Part shown: positions 28,238-38,107 of the stretch, in pieces
How positions within the stretch are numbered: position 1 is the first letter of the stretch
Layout of the letters: each line of letters begins with the position of its first letter
Assembly: GCA_964428555.1 (NCBI GenBank)
Contig: CAYRYS010000008.1
Span: 2,377 to 66,376 of the forward strand
Source: an uncultured Spirochaetales bacterium
Lineage (GTDB): Bacteria > Spirochaetota > Spirochaetia > CAYRYS01
DNA length: 64,000 nt
Direction of reading: 5' to 3'
Translations under genes and position numbers: made by a program
Notes under the pieces: model-generated
What the model saw: the letters and a program-made list of their open reading frames with translations, nothing else
What the model was told of the DNA's origin: nothing
Database searches by the model: none

Positions 28238-29266
28238 CTATTTATCCATATTCGGTGAATCTAATTCCGGTGCCACCTTTTTAATAAGCAAACGTAAACG
28301 GGCTTTTTGCTGTTTATTTAATTGCTGATGGCTGGTAAGATATTCTCTTTCCCCTGCCTGTTGAATGCGTGGATCAGAGTTCACCATTTTTACAATACCG
28401 CGCAAACAGTGCAGATAGGGGGTATCCAATAAGCAGAAGCTATGGTCAACAACTTGGCCGGCAAGTACGTATTTTTTACCATGCATAGCATAGATGAATA
28501 GCCTATATAGGAGAGAGAGTTTGTTGGGTTCTCTTCTGATAATGTGTTTAATAATCTCAATTGCCTTCTTATATTGCTTAAGAGGGTAGTGCCTAAAAGG
28601 TGATTTCTTTTCCAACTTTTTATACAGATTAAAAAAAACAAGAAAAACAATTACCTTTATCATTACACTGAGAAAGAATGAGTAATTGAGGGTAAAGTTA
28701 AATAGTCCATGAATGAATGCAGCAGGAAGAATGTAAAGGAGCATAACAAAATAGAGCCCTTTTATTGGTTTTTTTGAATAATAGCGCAAGCTCCCATATG
28801 CATATCCCCACACCATTGCATAGGACATATGACCAATGATCGATAAAATAGACCGAATAATCAGTACGAAGATTCCATAGCTTGCAGCATAAAGAAAGTT
28901 CTCAATAACCGCAAACCCCAAAGCTGTTGCAGCTCCCTGTACCATTGCATCCATTGGTTCTTCTACTGTTCTATAATATTTTGCCATAATATAAAAACAG
29001 GTAAATTTTGAAAACTCTTCAATTGGCCCCACAAAAACAATATGCTTCACAAAATCCATGAGTAATAGATCACTATAAAATATTCGATCCGGAATTAAAA
29101 ACCACTCAAGGTATATTGCCACTACAACGCTTGCAAGACCTGCGGCAAGAAACCTGGCTATATTAGTCTCCGTTTTTTTATTAATCTTTTCCTTATTAAC
29201 TACTAATAAAATATTTGAGTATATAACGAGAACCAGCACGTCAATGATTAAGATTGCAGCTAACAT
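28238..29266 (-). CDS. PrsW-family protease-like membrane protein with a C-terminal cytoplasmic extension
   Basis: EEFSK, ENFLY and HGLFNF motifs, plus about 110 extra C-terminal residues. Confidence 0.55.
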   Translation of the reverse strand: MLAAILIIDVLVLVIYSNILLVVNKEKINKKTETNIARFLAAGLASVVVAIYLEWFLIPDRIFYSDLLLMDFVKHIVFVGPIEEFSKFTCFYIMAKYYRTVEEPMDAMVQGAATALGFAVIENFLYAASYGIFVLIIRSILSIIGHMSYAMVWGYAYGSLRYYSKKPIKGLYFVMLLYILPAAFIHGLFNFTLNYSFFLSVMIKVIVFLVFFNLYKKLEKKSPFRHYPLKQYKKAIEIIKHIIRREPNKLSLLYRLFIYAMHGKKYVLAGQVVDHSFCLLDTPYLHCLRGIVKMVNSDPRIQQAGEREYLTSHQQLNKQQKARLRLLIKKVAPELDSPNMDK

Positions 29267-29423
29267 TATTTTACCTTTTGTATCGCATTACGAGCTACTC
29301 ATAATGCTTTTACTAATACTTTTTTACATTTATGATAATTTTGCAAGCGTGTTTTTTAATTTTCTCCTCTGAATAACAGAAGAATATGTGGACACAGAAT
29401 CATAAATAATTGTATAAATTTAT

Positions 29424-30128
29424 ATGATGATAGTGATAACAGGAGATACTCATGGTGTAATAAACCGCCTTGGGAAACCGTTAAAAAGGAAAGCTAAGCT
29501 TAACCCGAATATTGTAATAGTACTTGGCGACTTCGGCTTTCCATGGGAGTACCCATACAGCAATACTGACAAATACTGGCTCACATGGCTGGATAAAAAG
29601 CCCTTCACTACCCTTGTAGTTCCAGGAAACCACGACAATTGGGACAGTGTAGACAAAGCTGACCAAACCACATTGTTTGGAGGCATGGTTTCTAAAATAA
29701 GCGAATCTCTCTACTTCCTGCATACAGGGCAGTCCTATGTCATTGAAGGAAAAGAGTATTTCGTGTTCGGAGGCGCAAAAACTACGGACATGGAAAGAAG
29801 AATAAAAGGAAAAACCTGGTGGCCCCAGGAAGTGCCTTCACAGCAGGTATTCCAAAATAGTGTTAACAGATCCCAAAAAAAGAACAGCTTCGATTATGTA
29901 CTTTCCCATACTGCTCCGACAAAAATAGTGCAGCAGATATTAGAAGACCATCCTGACAGGTTTCCGAAAGAGAGAATAGAAGACCCAGTCTGCAAAATGC
30001 TCGACTATTTTTCAGAGCACCTGAGCTTTCAGACCTGGTTTTTCGGACACTTTCACCTAAACCAGAAGTTTTGTTTGGATGATAGTGAATACCAGTGCGT
30101 TTACTATAGTTTTGTGAAGATAGATTAG
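29424..30128 (+). CDS. Metallophosphoesterase (calcineurin-like)
   Basis: GDTHG, GDFGF and GNHD motifs. Confidence 0.6.
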   Translation: MMIVITGDTHGVINRLGKPLKRKAKLNPNIVIVLGDFGFPWEYPYSNTDKYWLTWLDKKPFTTLVVPGNHDNWDSVDKADQTTLFGGMVSKISESLYFLHTGQSYVIEGKEYFVFGGAKTTDMERRIKGKTWWPQEVPSQQVFQNSVNRSQKKNSFDYVLSHTAPTKIVQQILEDHPDRFPKERIEDPVCKMLDYFSEHLSFQTWFFGHFHLNQKFCLDDSEYQCVYYSFVKID

Positions 30129-30182
30129 GATATGGTAGATTAAGAATCCATTAACGAGGAACTTTGCAGAGCATTACAGCAC

Positions 30183-30752
30183 CTAGTTCTTCACTACAAC
30201 CTCTGCCATAAATGCAGTGCCTGTTATTCGTAGAATACAGGGGCTTCCTGCTCTGTCCGGTCTCTTCTTACGCTTATCCTTGCATTCTGCCATAAGCGGT
30301 TGGACCTTTAGCTGGACCTGTACATCATCAGGGACATAAATGGTGAGACTGCTCATAATATGGGTAACATCAATTTCAGTTATCCCTTCAGGCAGGTAGA
30401 TGTCCCGGTAATCCAATTCCAATGAACTCATTAAGCCGAAAGTGGTTACCTGCTGTGCATCCAAGTCCAATGCTGATATTTTCTGTTCAGCGAAAATACA
30501 GGAGACATCTTCACTCGGTTTTGCCCATTGCGATGGGGGGTGAGGCGGGGCTTGTTCTTTAAAAACAGTGCCTTGGTTCTCGTACAGGGCAGGCAAGTCT
30601 AAATCTTCAATAAGGGGTTCAAGGGATTCAAAGTCCTTTGCCCCTTCTATCTGTGCTATACGCTTTTCAAATTCCTGCTGCCCGATTTTATCATCAGCAT
30701 ACAGCTCCCCAAGCACTTTAACTGCTTCGTTTTTCCTTGTTTCAAAATCCAT
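30183..30752 (-). CDS. Hypothetical protein, DUF1707/LiaF-like
   Basis: N-terminus resembles the DUF1707 (SHOCT-like) helix. No TM segment. Confidence 0.35.
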   Translation of the reverse strand: MDFETRKNEAVKVLGELYADDKIGQQEFEKRIAQIEGAKDFESLEPLIEDLDLPALYENQGTVFKEQAPPHPPSQWAKPSEDVSCIFAEQKISALDLDAQQVTTFGLMSSLELDYRDIYLPEGITEIDVTHIMSSLTIYVPDDVQVQLKVQPLMAECKDKRKKRPDRAGSPCILRITGTAFMAEVVVKN

Positions 30753-30789
30753 ATCAATGTAATACCATACTTATTGCCTACAGGCAAGA

Positions 30790-31542
30790 TTATTTAAACT
30801 TTGCTGCAATATACAGCCTTGTCCCGCTTAAGTCGCTTGGTTTGAGTTCTTCATTATCAAACATTCCTGCTACAATGAAACCATGGGAACGCAGGAGCTG
30901 TTCAATTTCCAGTGGAAAGAACATTCTATACATTGTGGTATCTTCAATTTCTTCTCGCCCCGGTATATTCCATGTCCTTCTTCGGATAAGAAGCTGATTT
31001 CTTCTGTCAAAACTCTGTTCAACCTGTGCGGTTGCTTTAAATGTCCCTGTATCTACGGAGAACTCATTGTCCAGTTTTGCCTCTCCGCCGCCGAGAAAGG
31101 AGGCTGCATTCCGGATGTCTAGAACGAGTAATGTTCCGTCTTTTGCATGTGCAGCAAAGGTTGAAAGCACTTTTTCTATATCATCGTGCTTTAGCGCATA
31201 CATAAAGGTAGAACGCATACAAGTTATTACATCAAAGCGCTTTCCCATATGGAGGTTGCAGATATCCCCTACCTGAAAGTTAACCTTACTGTGGTGCCTT
31301 CTTGCATAGGCAATGAGCTCTTCATTCTCATCTATTCCCCATATTTCAGTATGATTAGCTTTTAAAAGGGTAAGATGTTTTCCTGTACCGCAGCCCATAT
31401 CGAGTATAGATTCAGGATATTCGGGTAGGTATTTTACAAACATACGCTTACAAAGTCGTGCGGTTTTTTCAGCCGGCGCGTAATACACTATTTCGTACAG
31501 CTCCGGATTCTCGTCCAGTAAGTTCTGAAGCCCTTGATCCAT
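30790..31542 (-). CDS. Class I SAM-dependent methyltransferase
   Basis: Motif I ILDMGCGTGKH. Confidence 0.7.
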   Translation of the reverse strand: MDQGLQNLLDENPELYEIVYYAPAEKTARLCKRMFVKYLPEYPESILDMGCGTGKHLTLLKANHTEIWGIDENEELIAYARRHHSKVNFQVGDICNLHMGKRFDVITCMRSTFMYALKHDDIEKVLSTFAAHAKDGTLLVLDIRNAASFLGGGEAKLDNEFSVDTGTFKATAQVEQSFDRRNQLLIRRRTWNIPGREEIEDTTMYRMFFPLEIEQLLRSHGFIVAGMFDNEELKPSDLSGTRLYIAAKFK

Positions 31543-31768
31543 CTTAAGCCCCCTTTTACTCTAGTTACAACATTTTTCAGTATTTACAATTATAATACGT
31601 CCTTTCTTATATAGCAAAAAAATCAATTTATTTTTTGTTGTTTATGGTCTGTATTCTATAATCCATAGGCTTTATTGCATATTCTGCGTTTCTATGCTTA
31701 AATCTCTGAAAGTCAGTAGTCTGGAACACTGAAAAATCAGGTTACATTTTAATCAAAGGAAGCTCTCC

Positions 31769-32194
31769 ATGAAAGCATTGCAGGGAAAACAGGTTTCAAT
31801 ACACTATTCAATGGGTAACGCAGGGGGAACAATACTGGAAACAAGCAAGGACAAGGGCCCCTTGGTGTACATACACGGTACAGGGAGCCTCTTACCTGCT
31901 TTGGAAGAAGCAATTGAGGGTAAGTCCCAAGGGGATGAGTTCTCTCTGGTATTAGACCCTTCACAAGCTTATGGAGAACGGGATGAAGAGCTTGTAACAA
32001 AAGTTCCATATGAATCTATTCCGGAAAATCTACGGAAACCGGGTGCAACACTGAAGGTTACCAGCGAGTCGGGTGCACGAAAGGTAAATATTATAGCTGT
32101 ACAGGATGACGGCATAATAGTGGATGCAAACCACCCCCTTGCCGGTCTTTCACTGTTTTTTGACGTAGAAGTAATAGATGTGTGTGATCCTTGA
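31769..32194 (+). CDS. slyD: FKBP-type peptidyl-prolyl isomerase (SlyD-like)
   Basis: HYSMGNAGGTILETS...VYIHGTGSLLPALEEAIEG is an FKBP plus insert-in-flap arrangement. Confidence 0.75.
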   Translation: MKALQGKQVSIHYSMGNAGGTILETSKDKGPLVYIHGTGSLLPALEEAIEGKSQGDEFSLVLDPSQAYGERDEELVTKVPYESIPENLRKPGATLKVTSESGARKVNIIAVQDDGIIVDANHPLAGLSLFFDVEVIDVCDP

Positions 32195-32195
32195 C

Positions 32196-33968
32196 TCATG
32201 CAATGGGGAAAACCAGGGTGTAGCTCACACCTTTGCTTCCTGTCTGAAGGGTAAGATTCCCTCCGAGTTGGTCGGAAATGGTGGAGATAAGTTTTACACC
32301 TAGAGACTGACATTCCTGAAAGTCAAAGTCTGAAGGAAAGCCCTTTCCTGTATCTAAATATGACAGCTCTAAATCTGTTTCAGTTTTTTTTGCAATCCCT
32401 ATCTCAATTTTTCCGCTGTTCTTTTGTGCAAACCCATGCTTCATTGAATTGGTTATCATTTCGTTCAGCAAAAGGCCGCAGGATATTGCCCGTTTTACCG
32501 GAACCTGCACTGGGTCAGAATGGATGTCTATGGAAATTCCTGCCCTCTTTTTGCGAAAAGCCTCGAATGCGCTGTAGGATATCCGCTGCGTGTATTCTTG
32601 CATTTCCACCTTGGAAAGGGAATTCGAGTTATTTAGGTACTGATGGATGAGAGCCATGGTGTGTATTCTGTTCTGTGCCTCTTCCAGCGCATCAATTTGT
32701 GCCTGGTCTGTGAGCACACTTGTCTGTATGCCGAGCATACTCGAAATAACCTGGAGATTGTTCTTCACTCTATGGTGTATTTCCTGAATAATAACATCCT
32801 TTTCTTCTATCTCTCTTTTCAGCTTTTCTTCATACCGTTTTTCAGTTGAGATATCATGCACCTGAAATATGTACTTGTTTCTTCCATCAGCACTAATTTT
32901 TTCAATTAGAATTTTATAATATCTTTTCAGCGAATCTTTCCCCGGACCTTCAAATTCAATGCTTACTTCTCTCTGTTTTTTGGTCAAATACTCTTCAATG
33001 TATTCAGTTTTTTCCAATATAGGATGGTCAAACAGGGTGATAACCTGCTTTCCAAGGTCCTTAGTTTCCTCCCACTGAAAAAGCGTACGAAAGGAACGGC
33101 TAGCCTCAATTATCTGGAGCTGATCATTTGCAATAACCCAGGGGTATGAAGATTCAAGCAGATGAGAGACTTGAGAATACTCTTGGGTAATGCGCTCTTC
33201 ATAGAGCTTCTTTTCTGTCATATCACGGAGTAGTAGTACAATCCCAATTGTTTTCCCCTTGCTGTCTTCTCCTGGTGTTGCAGTTACTTCAAGAAACCGC
33301 TTGGTATTCCCTGGAAGAAGGAACCAGCTGGCTATCTTTAGGTTAGCTCCATTAATGCAGGCTTCAAGCCCAGGCAGAATGGTTTCTTTATATGCATCTC
33401 CAGAAAGCACATGCTCAAGCGCTTCACCGAGCAGGAGTTCCGGGCTCTGCTGGAACAGCATGGCATATGCAGGGTTTACCATTTGATGTCTATAATTTTT
33501 GTCTATAAATGCCATTGCATCGGGTACTAATGTGAATATTCGCTTATATAAGTTCAGCTGTTCTTCAGTAATTTGCCGGGATGAAATATCTTTTACTACA
33601 GCCACTAAGTAGGCATTTCCCTGTTCATCTGTAATTCTGGAACATTCAGCCTCTACCGGCCGGAGCACTCCGTCATTGTCATATGCGGAAAAACAAAATG
33701 TCTGCTTCTGCCCCTGAAAAACTAAATCCAGATGCTTGTACACACTGGATTTCTCATCTTCAGGAAGAAAATATTCAGCCTGCATACCCTGAATATCTGC
33801 AGCCTGGAAATGGGTATATTTATCTATGCCTGGAGAGACATAGAGTATATATTTCTGCTGGTCCAGAACCAGAAATATTTTTTTAAAAACATCCTGCAAA
33901 ATACTGAATTGGTTTTTTGCATCTATTTTTTTAATACTATCTATAGGTGACATTTGCGATTCAGTCAT
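32196..33968 (-). CDS. Multi-PAS sensor histidine kinase, HisKA_2/HWE type
   Basis: H-box EIHHRVKNNLQVISSML and a C-terminal HATPase region. Several PAS-like repeats. No adjacent response regulator. Confidence 0.75.
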   Translation of the reverse strand: MTESQMSPIDSIKKIDAKNQFSILQDVFKKIFLVLDQQKYILYVSPGIDKYTHFQAADIQGMQAEYFLPEDEKSSVYKHLDLVFQGQKQTFCFSAYDNDGVLRPVEAECSRITDEQGNAYLVAVVKDISSRQITEEQLNLYKRIFTLVPDAMAFIDKNYRHQMVNPAYAMLFQQSPELLLGEALEHVLSGDAYKETILPGLEACINGANLKIASWFLLPGNTKRFLEVTATPGEDSKGKTIGIVLLLRDMTEKKLYEERITQEYSQVSHLLESSYPWVIANDQLQIIEASRSFRTLFQWEETKDLGKQVITLFDHPILEKTEYIEEYLTKKQREVSIEFEGPGKDSLKRYYKILIEKISADGRNKYIFQVHDISTEKRYEEKLKREIEEKDVIIQEIHHRVKNNLQVISSMLGIQTSVLTDQAQIDALEEAQNRIHTMALIHQYLNNSNSLSKVEMQEYTQRISYSAFEAFRKKRAGISIDIHSDPVQVPVKRAISCGLLLNEMITNSMKHGFAQKNSGKIEIGIAKKTETDLELSYLDTGKGFPSDFDFQECQSLGVKLISTISDQLGGNLTLQTGSKGVSYTLVFPIA

Positions 33969-34194
33969 GAACGGTACATCCTGTTGGAGGTTTTTTATAC
34001 ATTAAAGATATTAGTGAATTCTACTAGGAAATTCAAATTTATTCATTACCTTTTTCCTTCTTTTGAAGGGTATCTGCTGCACATATGTTTTCAATCTAAT
34101 TCTATGCAGGTCTCATATCCTCTAATGGATCCTAGTTTTTCTTTCTTTTCTGTAACCTCCCTAGTATAATTATGGTATAGATATAGAGGAGCTT

Positions 34195-35388
34195 ATGCAG
34201 TCAAACAGTATGAATCTACCTGATAAAGATAAGCTAAAAAAAGAATATTATCAGAACCTCCCAATGTACAAGGCAATCCTTCACGACGTTCAAAGCAGGG
34301 TTAACCTTATTCTCAAAGAGAATAGCCTGCATCTTACAATTAAGCAGCGGGTAAAGTCCTTTGAAAGCATGTATCAGAAATACCTGCTCCGCCTGCGGCA
34401 AGGAAACACCCCCCAGACTGTTCACATAGCAGATCTTATAGGAATCCGGATTGTATGCCCATTTTTAGAGGATGTCACATGTACTGAGCGCATTCTGAAA
34501 AATAACTTCAAGATTGTCGAAGAAGAGCGGAAAGGGCAGGAAAACTCTTTCAGGGAGTTTGGATATGAGTCAATCCACTTTATTGCAGAAATTCCTAATG
34601 AAGAATATGTAAGCTTTGGGAATACTCGAAATGTTTGCGAGATACAGATCCGTACTATCTTACAGGACGCATGGGCAGAGGTTGAGCATGAGCTGGTCTA
34701 TAAAAACGAGTTCATACCCTTTGATAGCCCATTGAAAAGAAAGCTTGCTGCATTAAACGCGAATCTCACCCTTTCTGATACAATTTTTCAGGAAATCCGC
34801 GACTACCAACGGGAGCTGAATTCCGAGCTAAAAAAACGGTCTGAAAACTTTAACCAGCACCTTTCGAGCATGAATAACGGTATTGCAGATTCTCTTGCCA
34901 GCTTTTATAGAAGCATAAAAGGATATACACTCGGTGCAAGCATTGACGATCTGCTGATTGCCGCACTTCACCTTCACAACAAAAACCAGTATTCAGAGGC
35001 AATTGCTGTGTATTCCAAGATATTAGCAAAAGAGCCTGAGGAAAAGGTACGAGCAATTACCTATGTGCACAGAGGCATGGCATACTTTGCTGACAATGAC
35101 TATACCCAGGCTTTGGAAGATTTTTCCCGGGCTATTGAATGTGATGACAGCCTCTACCAGGCATTTATGTACAGGGGCATTTCCTTCAGACTGCTAAACA
35201 AGGAAGCCCAATCAATTTCCGATCTTACCAAGTGTATTGACCTTGACCCCTACTACCCGGATGCCTTTATTGAGCGGGGCAAGTCCTACCACCAAATAGG
35301 AAAACGGGCTGAGGCTGAAATTGACTTTGCCACAGCCCGCAAGCTGGATCCTGAGAATAAAAAGCTTTCTGAAGTTCCAGAAGATTAG
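34195..35388 (+). CDS. Small alarmone synthetase (RelA/SpoT nucleotidyltransferase domain) fused to C-terminal TPR repeats
   Basis: DLIGIRIVCPF (D-x-x-G-x-R) and EIQIRTILQDAWAEVEHELVYK synthetase motifs. Three to four TPR units at aa 270-390. Confidence 0.75.
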   Translation: MQSNSMNLPDKDKLKKEYYQNLPMYKAILHDVQSRVNLILKENSLHLTIKQRVKSFESMYQKYLLRLRQGNTPQTVHIADLIGIRIVCPFLEDVTCTERILKNNFKIVEEERKGQENSFREFGYESIHFIAEIPNEEYVSFGNTRNVCEIQIRTILQDAWAEVEHELVYKNEFIPFDSPLKRKLAALNANLTLSDTIFQEIRDYQRELNSELKKRSENFNQHLSSMNNGIADSLASFYRSIKGYTLGASIDDLLIAALHLHNKNQYSEAIAVYSKILAKEPEEKVRAITYVHRGMAYFADNDYTQALEDFSRAIECDDSLYQAFMYRGISFRLLNKEAQSISDLTKCIDLDPYYPDAFIERGKSYHQIGKRAEAEIDFATARKLDPENKKLSEVPED

Positions 35389-35930
35389 GTATGCACTTCC
35401 CGTGAGGGCTGCTTTTCCAGAACTGAAAGGAATGATTTCATATACGCAGGAAGGTCCGGGGGTCTTCTTGCAGATACCAGGTTATTGTCAACAATTACCG
35501 CCTCGTCTGTCCACGCGGCTCCTGCATTTGTAAGATCATCTTTAATTCCTGGAGTGCTGGTTACCTGCCTTCCTTTGAGAATGTTTGCAGAAGCAGTGAC
35601 CCAGCCGGCATGGCATATCTGGCCGATAATCTTCTTTGTTTTATTCATTCCCCGTACAAACTCCAGAACAGAGGAAAATCTCCGCAGTTTATCCGGTGCC
35701 CATCCCCCAGGTATTAGAACACCGTCCCACTGTCTGTAATCCAATGTCTCAAAGGATATGTCACAGGTGGCAGGCACGCCGTACTTACCTGTGTACACAG
35801 TCCCTGTTTCTTCCCCTGCAATTGCTACTGTTACCCCGGCTTCTCTGAGCCGTAGAACAGGATACCATAGTTCCAGGTCTTCAAAGTCATTGTATATGAA
35901 CTGTATTATTTTTCGTTTCTCTAGTCCCAT
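35385..35930 (-). CDS. DJ-1/PfpI-family protein (class I glutamine amidotransferase-like)
   Basis: Nucleophile elbow ICHAGW. 181 aa. Confidence 0.8.
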   Translation of the reverse strand: MGLEKRKIIQFIYNDFEDLELWYPVLRLREAGVTVAIAGEETGTVYTGKYGVPATCDISFETLDYRQWDGVLIPGGWAPDKLRRFSSVLEFVRGMNKTKKIIGQICHAGWVTASANILKGRQVTSTPGIKDDLTNAGAAWTDEAVIVDNNLVSARRPPDLPAYMKSFLSVLEKQPSREVHT

Positions 35931-36001
35931 TTTCTTCTCCCTTCCCTCTTAGGGTACTAAGAAGAATTCAGAATTGGAATTTGTAAGAAGAACTGTGTGT
36001 G

Positions 36002-36664
36002 CTATTGAAGGGGAATTGTCAATTCAATGGATGTTTCTCCGTTCCGTGCGGTTAAGAGGAAAGAATCTGCATCCATACCAATCTCTTTGAGCATAAGAAC
36101 TGTCATAATAATTCCAAGCCCAGCCCCTTCAGTAAAGTCTATGAGATTTTCCATGACCTCGTGTGCAGTATTGTATTGTTTTGCATGGAGGATTCTGTCA
36201 TTAATTCGGTCGAGTTCCTGTTTGTTTATTTCTGCGTTATTAATTACTGCAATATTCAGTTCATTATTCCTTATCTGAAGTCTGAGCTTCACATAAAAAC
36301 CCATTTGTTTTTGCTTTATAATGAATTTATCGATATTGCTGTATGCCCGTTCCCGAAAATATGTCATCCCCTGGGCATAGTGTTCAGTATTGTCAATGTC
36401 CAGTCCTATTATCGAGAAGTATGCTCGTTTTGTGTTTGCCTTAATTGCATTTGTTATCAGCTCCCTAAGGCAGTAACTGAGCTTATCTACAAGATGGTCT
36501 AAATCCAGATGGGAGAGATACATATCTAAAATGGATACGAAATAATTTTCAGAATCCCGGGGAAAGGTATAAGTTTTTATTGAAAGGGGACGCTGTGTCT
36601 GGATTGCTTGGCGAATTTTCTCTTCATTTTCTGCTAATATAGTTTCCATTGTCTGTCCATTCAA
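36002..36664 (-). CDS. Stand-alone GHKL-family ATPase (anti-sigma-factor/RsbW-like kinase candidate)
   Basis: N-box ELITNAIKA and G2 box EGAGLGI. 220 aa, with no HisKA or receiver domain. Confidence 0.45.
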   Translation of the reverse strand: MNGQTMETILAENEEKIRQAIQTQRPLSIKTYTFPRDSENYFVSILDMYLSHLDLDHLVDKLSYCLRELITNAIKANTKRAYFSIIGLDIDNTEHYAQGMTYFRERAYSNIDKFIIKQKQMGFYVKLRLQIRNNELNIAVINNAEINKQELDRINDRILHAKQYNTAHEVMENLIDFTEGAGLGIIMTVLMLKEIGMDADSFLLTARNGETSIELTIPLQ

Positions 36665-36770
36665 AAGCCCTAATCCCCAACAGCAAATTATACAGCAAAG
36701 TATATTTCATTACAATTAAATTTATATTAACTTACACTTACATTCCCATTATTACCCTGACAATGTAATA

Positions 36771-37034
36771 TTATTTTTTTCGTTCAGAAACATCTATACC
36801 AAAGTCTTCAAACACCTCTTGAGCTTCTTGGAAATATTCAGAAGGCACCTCAATGTGTCCATACCCCATCTGTGGGGTAAAAAGGCCGTTATACGGGGTT
36901 GAGGTATAGTCTACAAGCACATAGGGTATACCTTCGTCAGTTAAAACTGCTTCTATCTCTTTTGCTGCTACCTGGTTTGGTAAAATCCAGTACTTCTGTT
37001 TTGCCATAATCTCTCCTAATCGCTGCCGAAACAT
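36771..37034 (-). CDS. Small hypothetical protein (87 aa) between the pfk paralogue and the GHKL ATPase
   Basis: ORF overlaps the pfk stop region. Alternative start MAKQKYW. Confidence 0.35.
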   Translation of the reverse strand: MFRQRLGEIMAKQKYWILPNQVAAKEIEAVLTDEGIPYVLVDYTSTPYNGLFTPQMGYGHIEVPSEYFQEAQEVFEDFGIDVSERKK

Positions 37035-38107
37035 GTATCAACAAGACGCGCAGTATTAATGAGGCGGTGGTCTTTGGGTACTGTTTTCAGCTTGCCTGCT
37101 ACATTCTCAAGCGTTTTTGCAACAATTTTGTTGCCTTCAATAGCAACCATTTTTCCATATTCTCCTTGGTATAACAGCTCAGCTGCAGCTGTACCGAATT
37201 GTGTCGCAAGAATCCGGTCATAGGGGTTCGGAGCACCGCCGCGCTGCTGATAGCCCAGTACGGTTACCCTTGTATCAAGCCCGGATGCTTCTTCAATCTC
37301 CTTTGCTACAGTATATCCCACAGAAATTTGAGAAGCCTGCACTTTCTTCCGCTCTTTTTTAGAAAGATCCGCAAGGTCCTTGGAATACGCACCTTCTGCA
37401 ACCACAACAATGGAAAATTGTTTTCCCTGGGAAGCACGCTTTAGAATATGGCTGGTAATATTTGAAATATCATAGGGCATTTCAGGGAGGATAATAATGT
37501 CACCGCCACCTGCAACTCCTGCATACAGTGCAAGCCACCCTGCTTTATGGCCCATCACCTCTACTACCATTACCCTATTATGGGAGTGTGCAGTGGAATG
37601 GAGCCGGTCAATTGCATCTGTTGCAATATCAACAGCTGTATGGAAACCAAAGGTTACATCGGTTCCCCAAATATCATTGTCAATCGTTTTCGGTAATCCA
37701 ATAACGTTTAAACCCGCATCCTTTAAAAGGGCTGCTGTTTTATGTGTACCATTACCGCCGAGTACAACCAGACAGTCAAGACCGAGTTTCTCGTAATTAT
37801 CTATTACTTTTTCAGATTTCTTTCTGCCAGCAACAGAGTCGCGCTCCCCCTTTTTCTCTTTAAAAGGCTTTTCCCTGGAAGTTCCAAGTATTGTGCCTCC
37901 CCTTGTGAGAATCCCTGAGACATCTTCAGGTTTCAAAAGCTGTGCATCTCCCTCTACAAGACCACGGTAGCCATTTGCTATACCAATAATATTCATGTCA
38001 TACATGCCGTATGCTGCTTTAGCTACTCCCCGTATTGCTGCGTTCAAGCCCGGACAGTCCCCGCCGGATGTTAATATTCCAAAAGTCTTTGTTTTTGATT
38101 TCTTCAT
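37016..38107 (-). CDS. 6-phosphofructokinase-family protein with non-canonical catalytic motifs
   Basis: TSGGDCPGLNAAIRGV and QQRGGAP are conserved. GGDGS is replaced by GGNGT (37742..37756), and MGR by MGHK. Confidence 0.75.
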   Translation of the reverse strand: MKKSKTKTFGILTSGGDCPGLNAAIRGVAKAAYGMYDMNIIGIANGYRGLVEGDAQLLKPEDVSGILTRGGTILGTSREKPFKEKKGERDSVAGRKKSEKVIDNYEKLGLDCLVVLGGNGTHKTAALLKDAGLNVIGLPKTIDNDIWGTDVTFGFHTAVDIATDAIDRLHSTAHSHNRVMVVEVMGHKAGWLALYAGVAGGGDIIILPEMPYDISNITSHILKRASQGKQFSIVVVAEGAYSKDLADLSKKERKKVQASQISVGYTVAKEIEEASGLDTRVTVLGYQQRGGAPNPYDRILATQFGTAAAELLYQGEYGKMVAIEGNKIVAKTLENVAGKLKTVPKDHRLINTARLVDTCFGSD

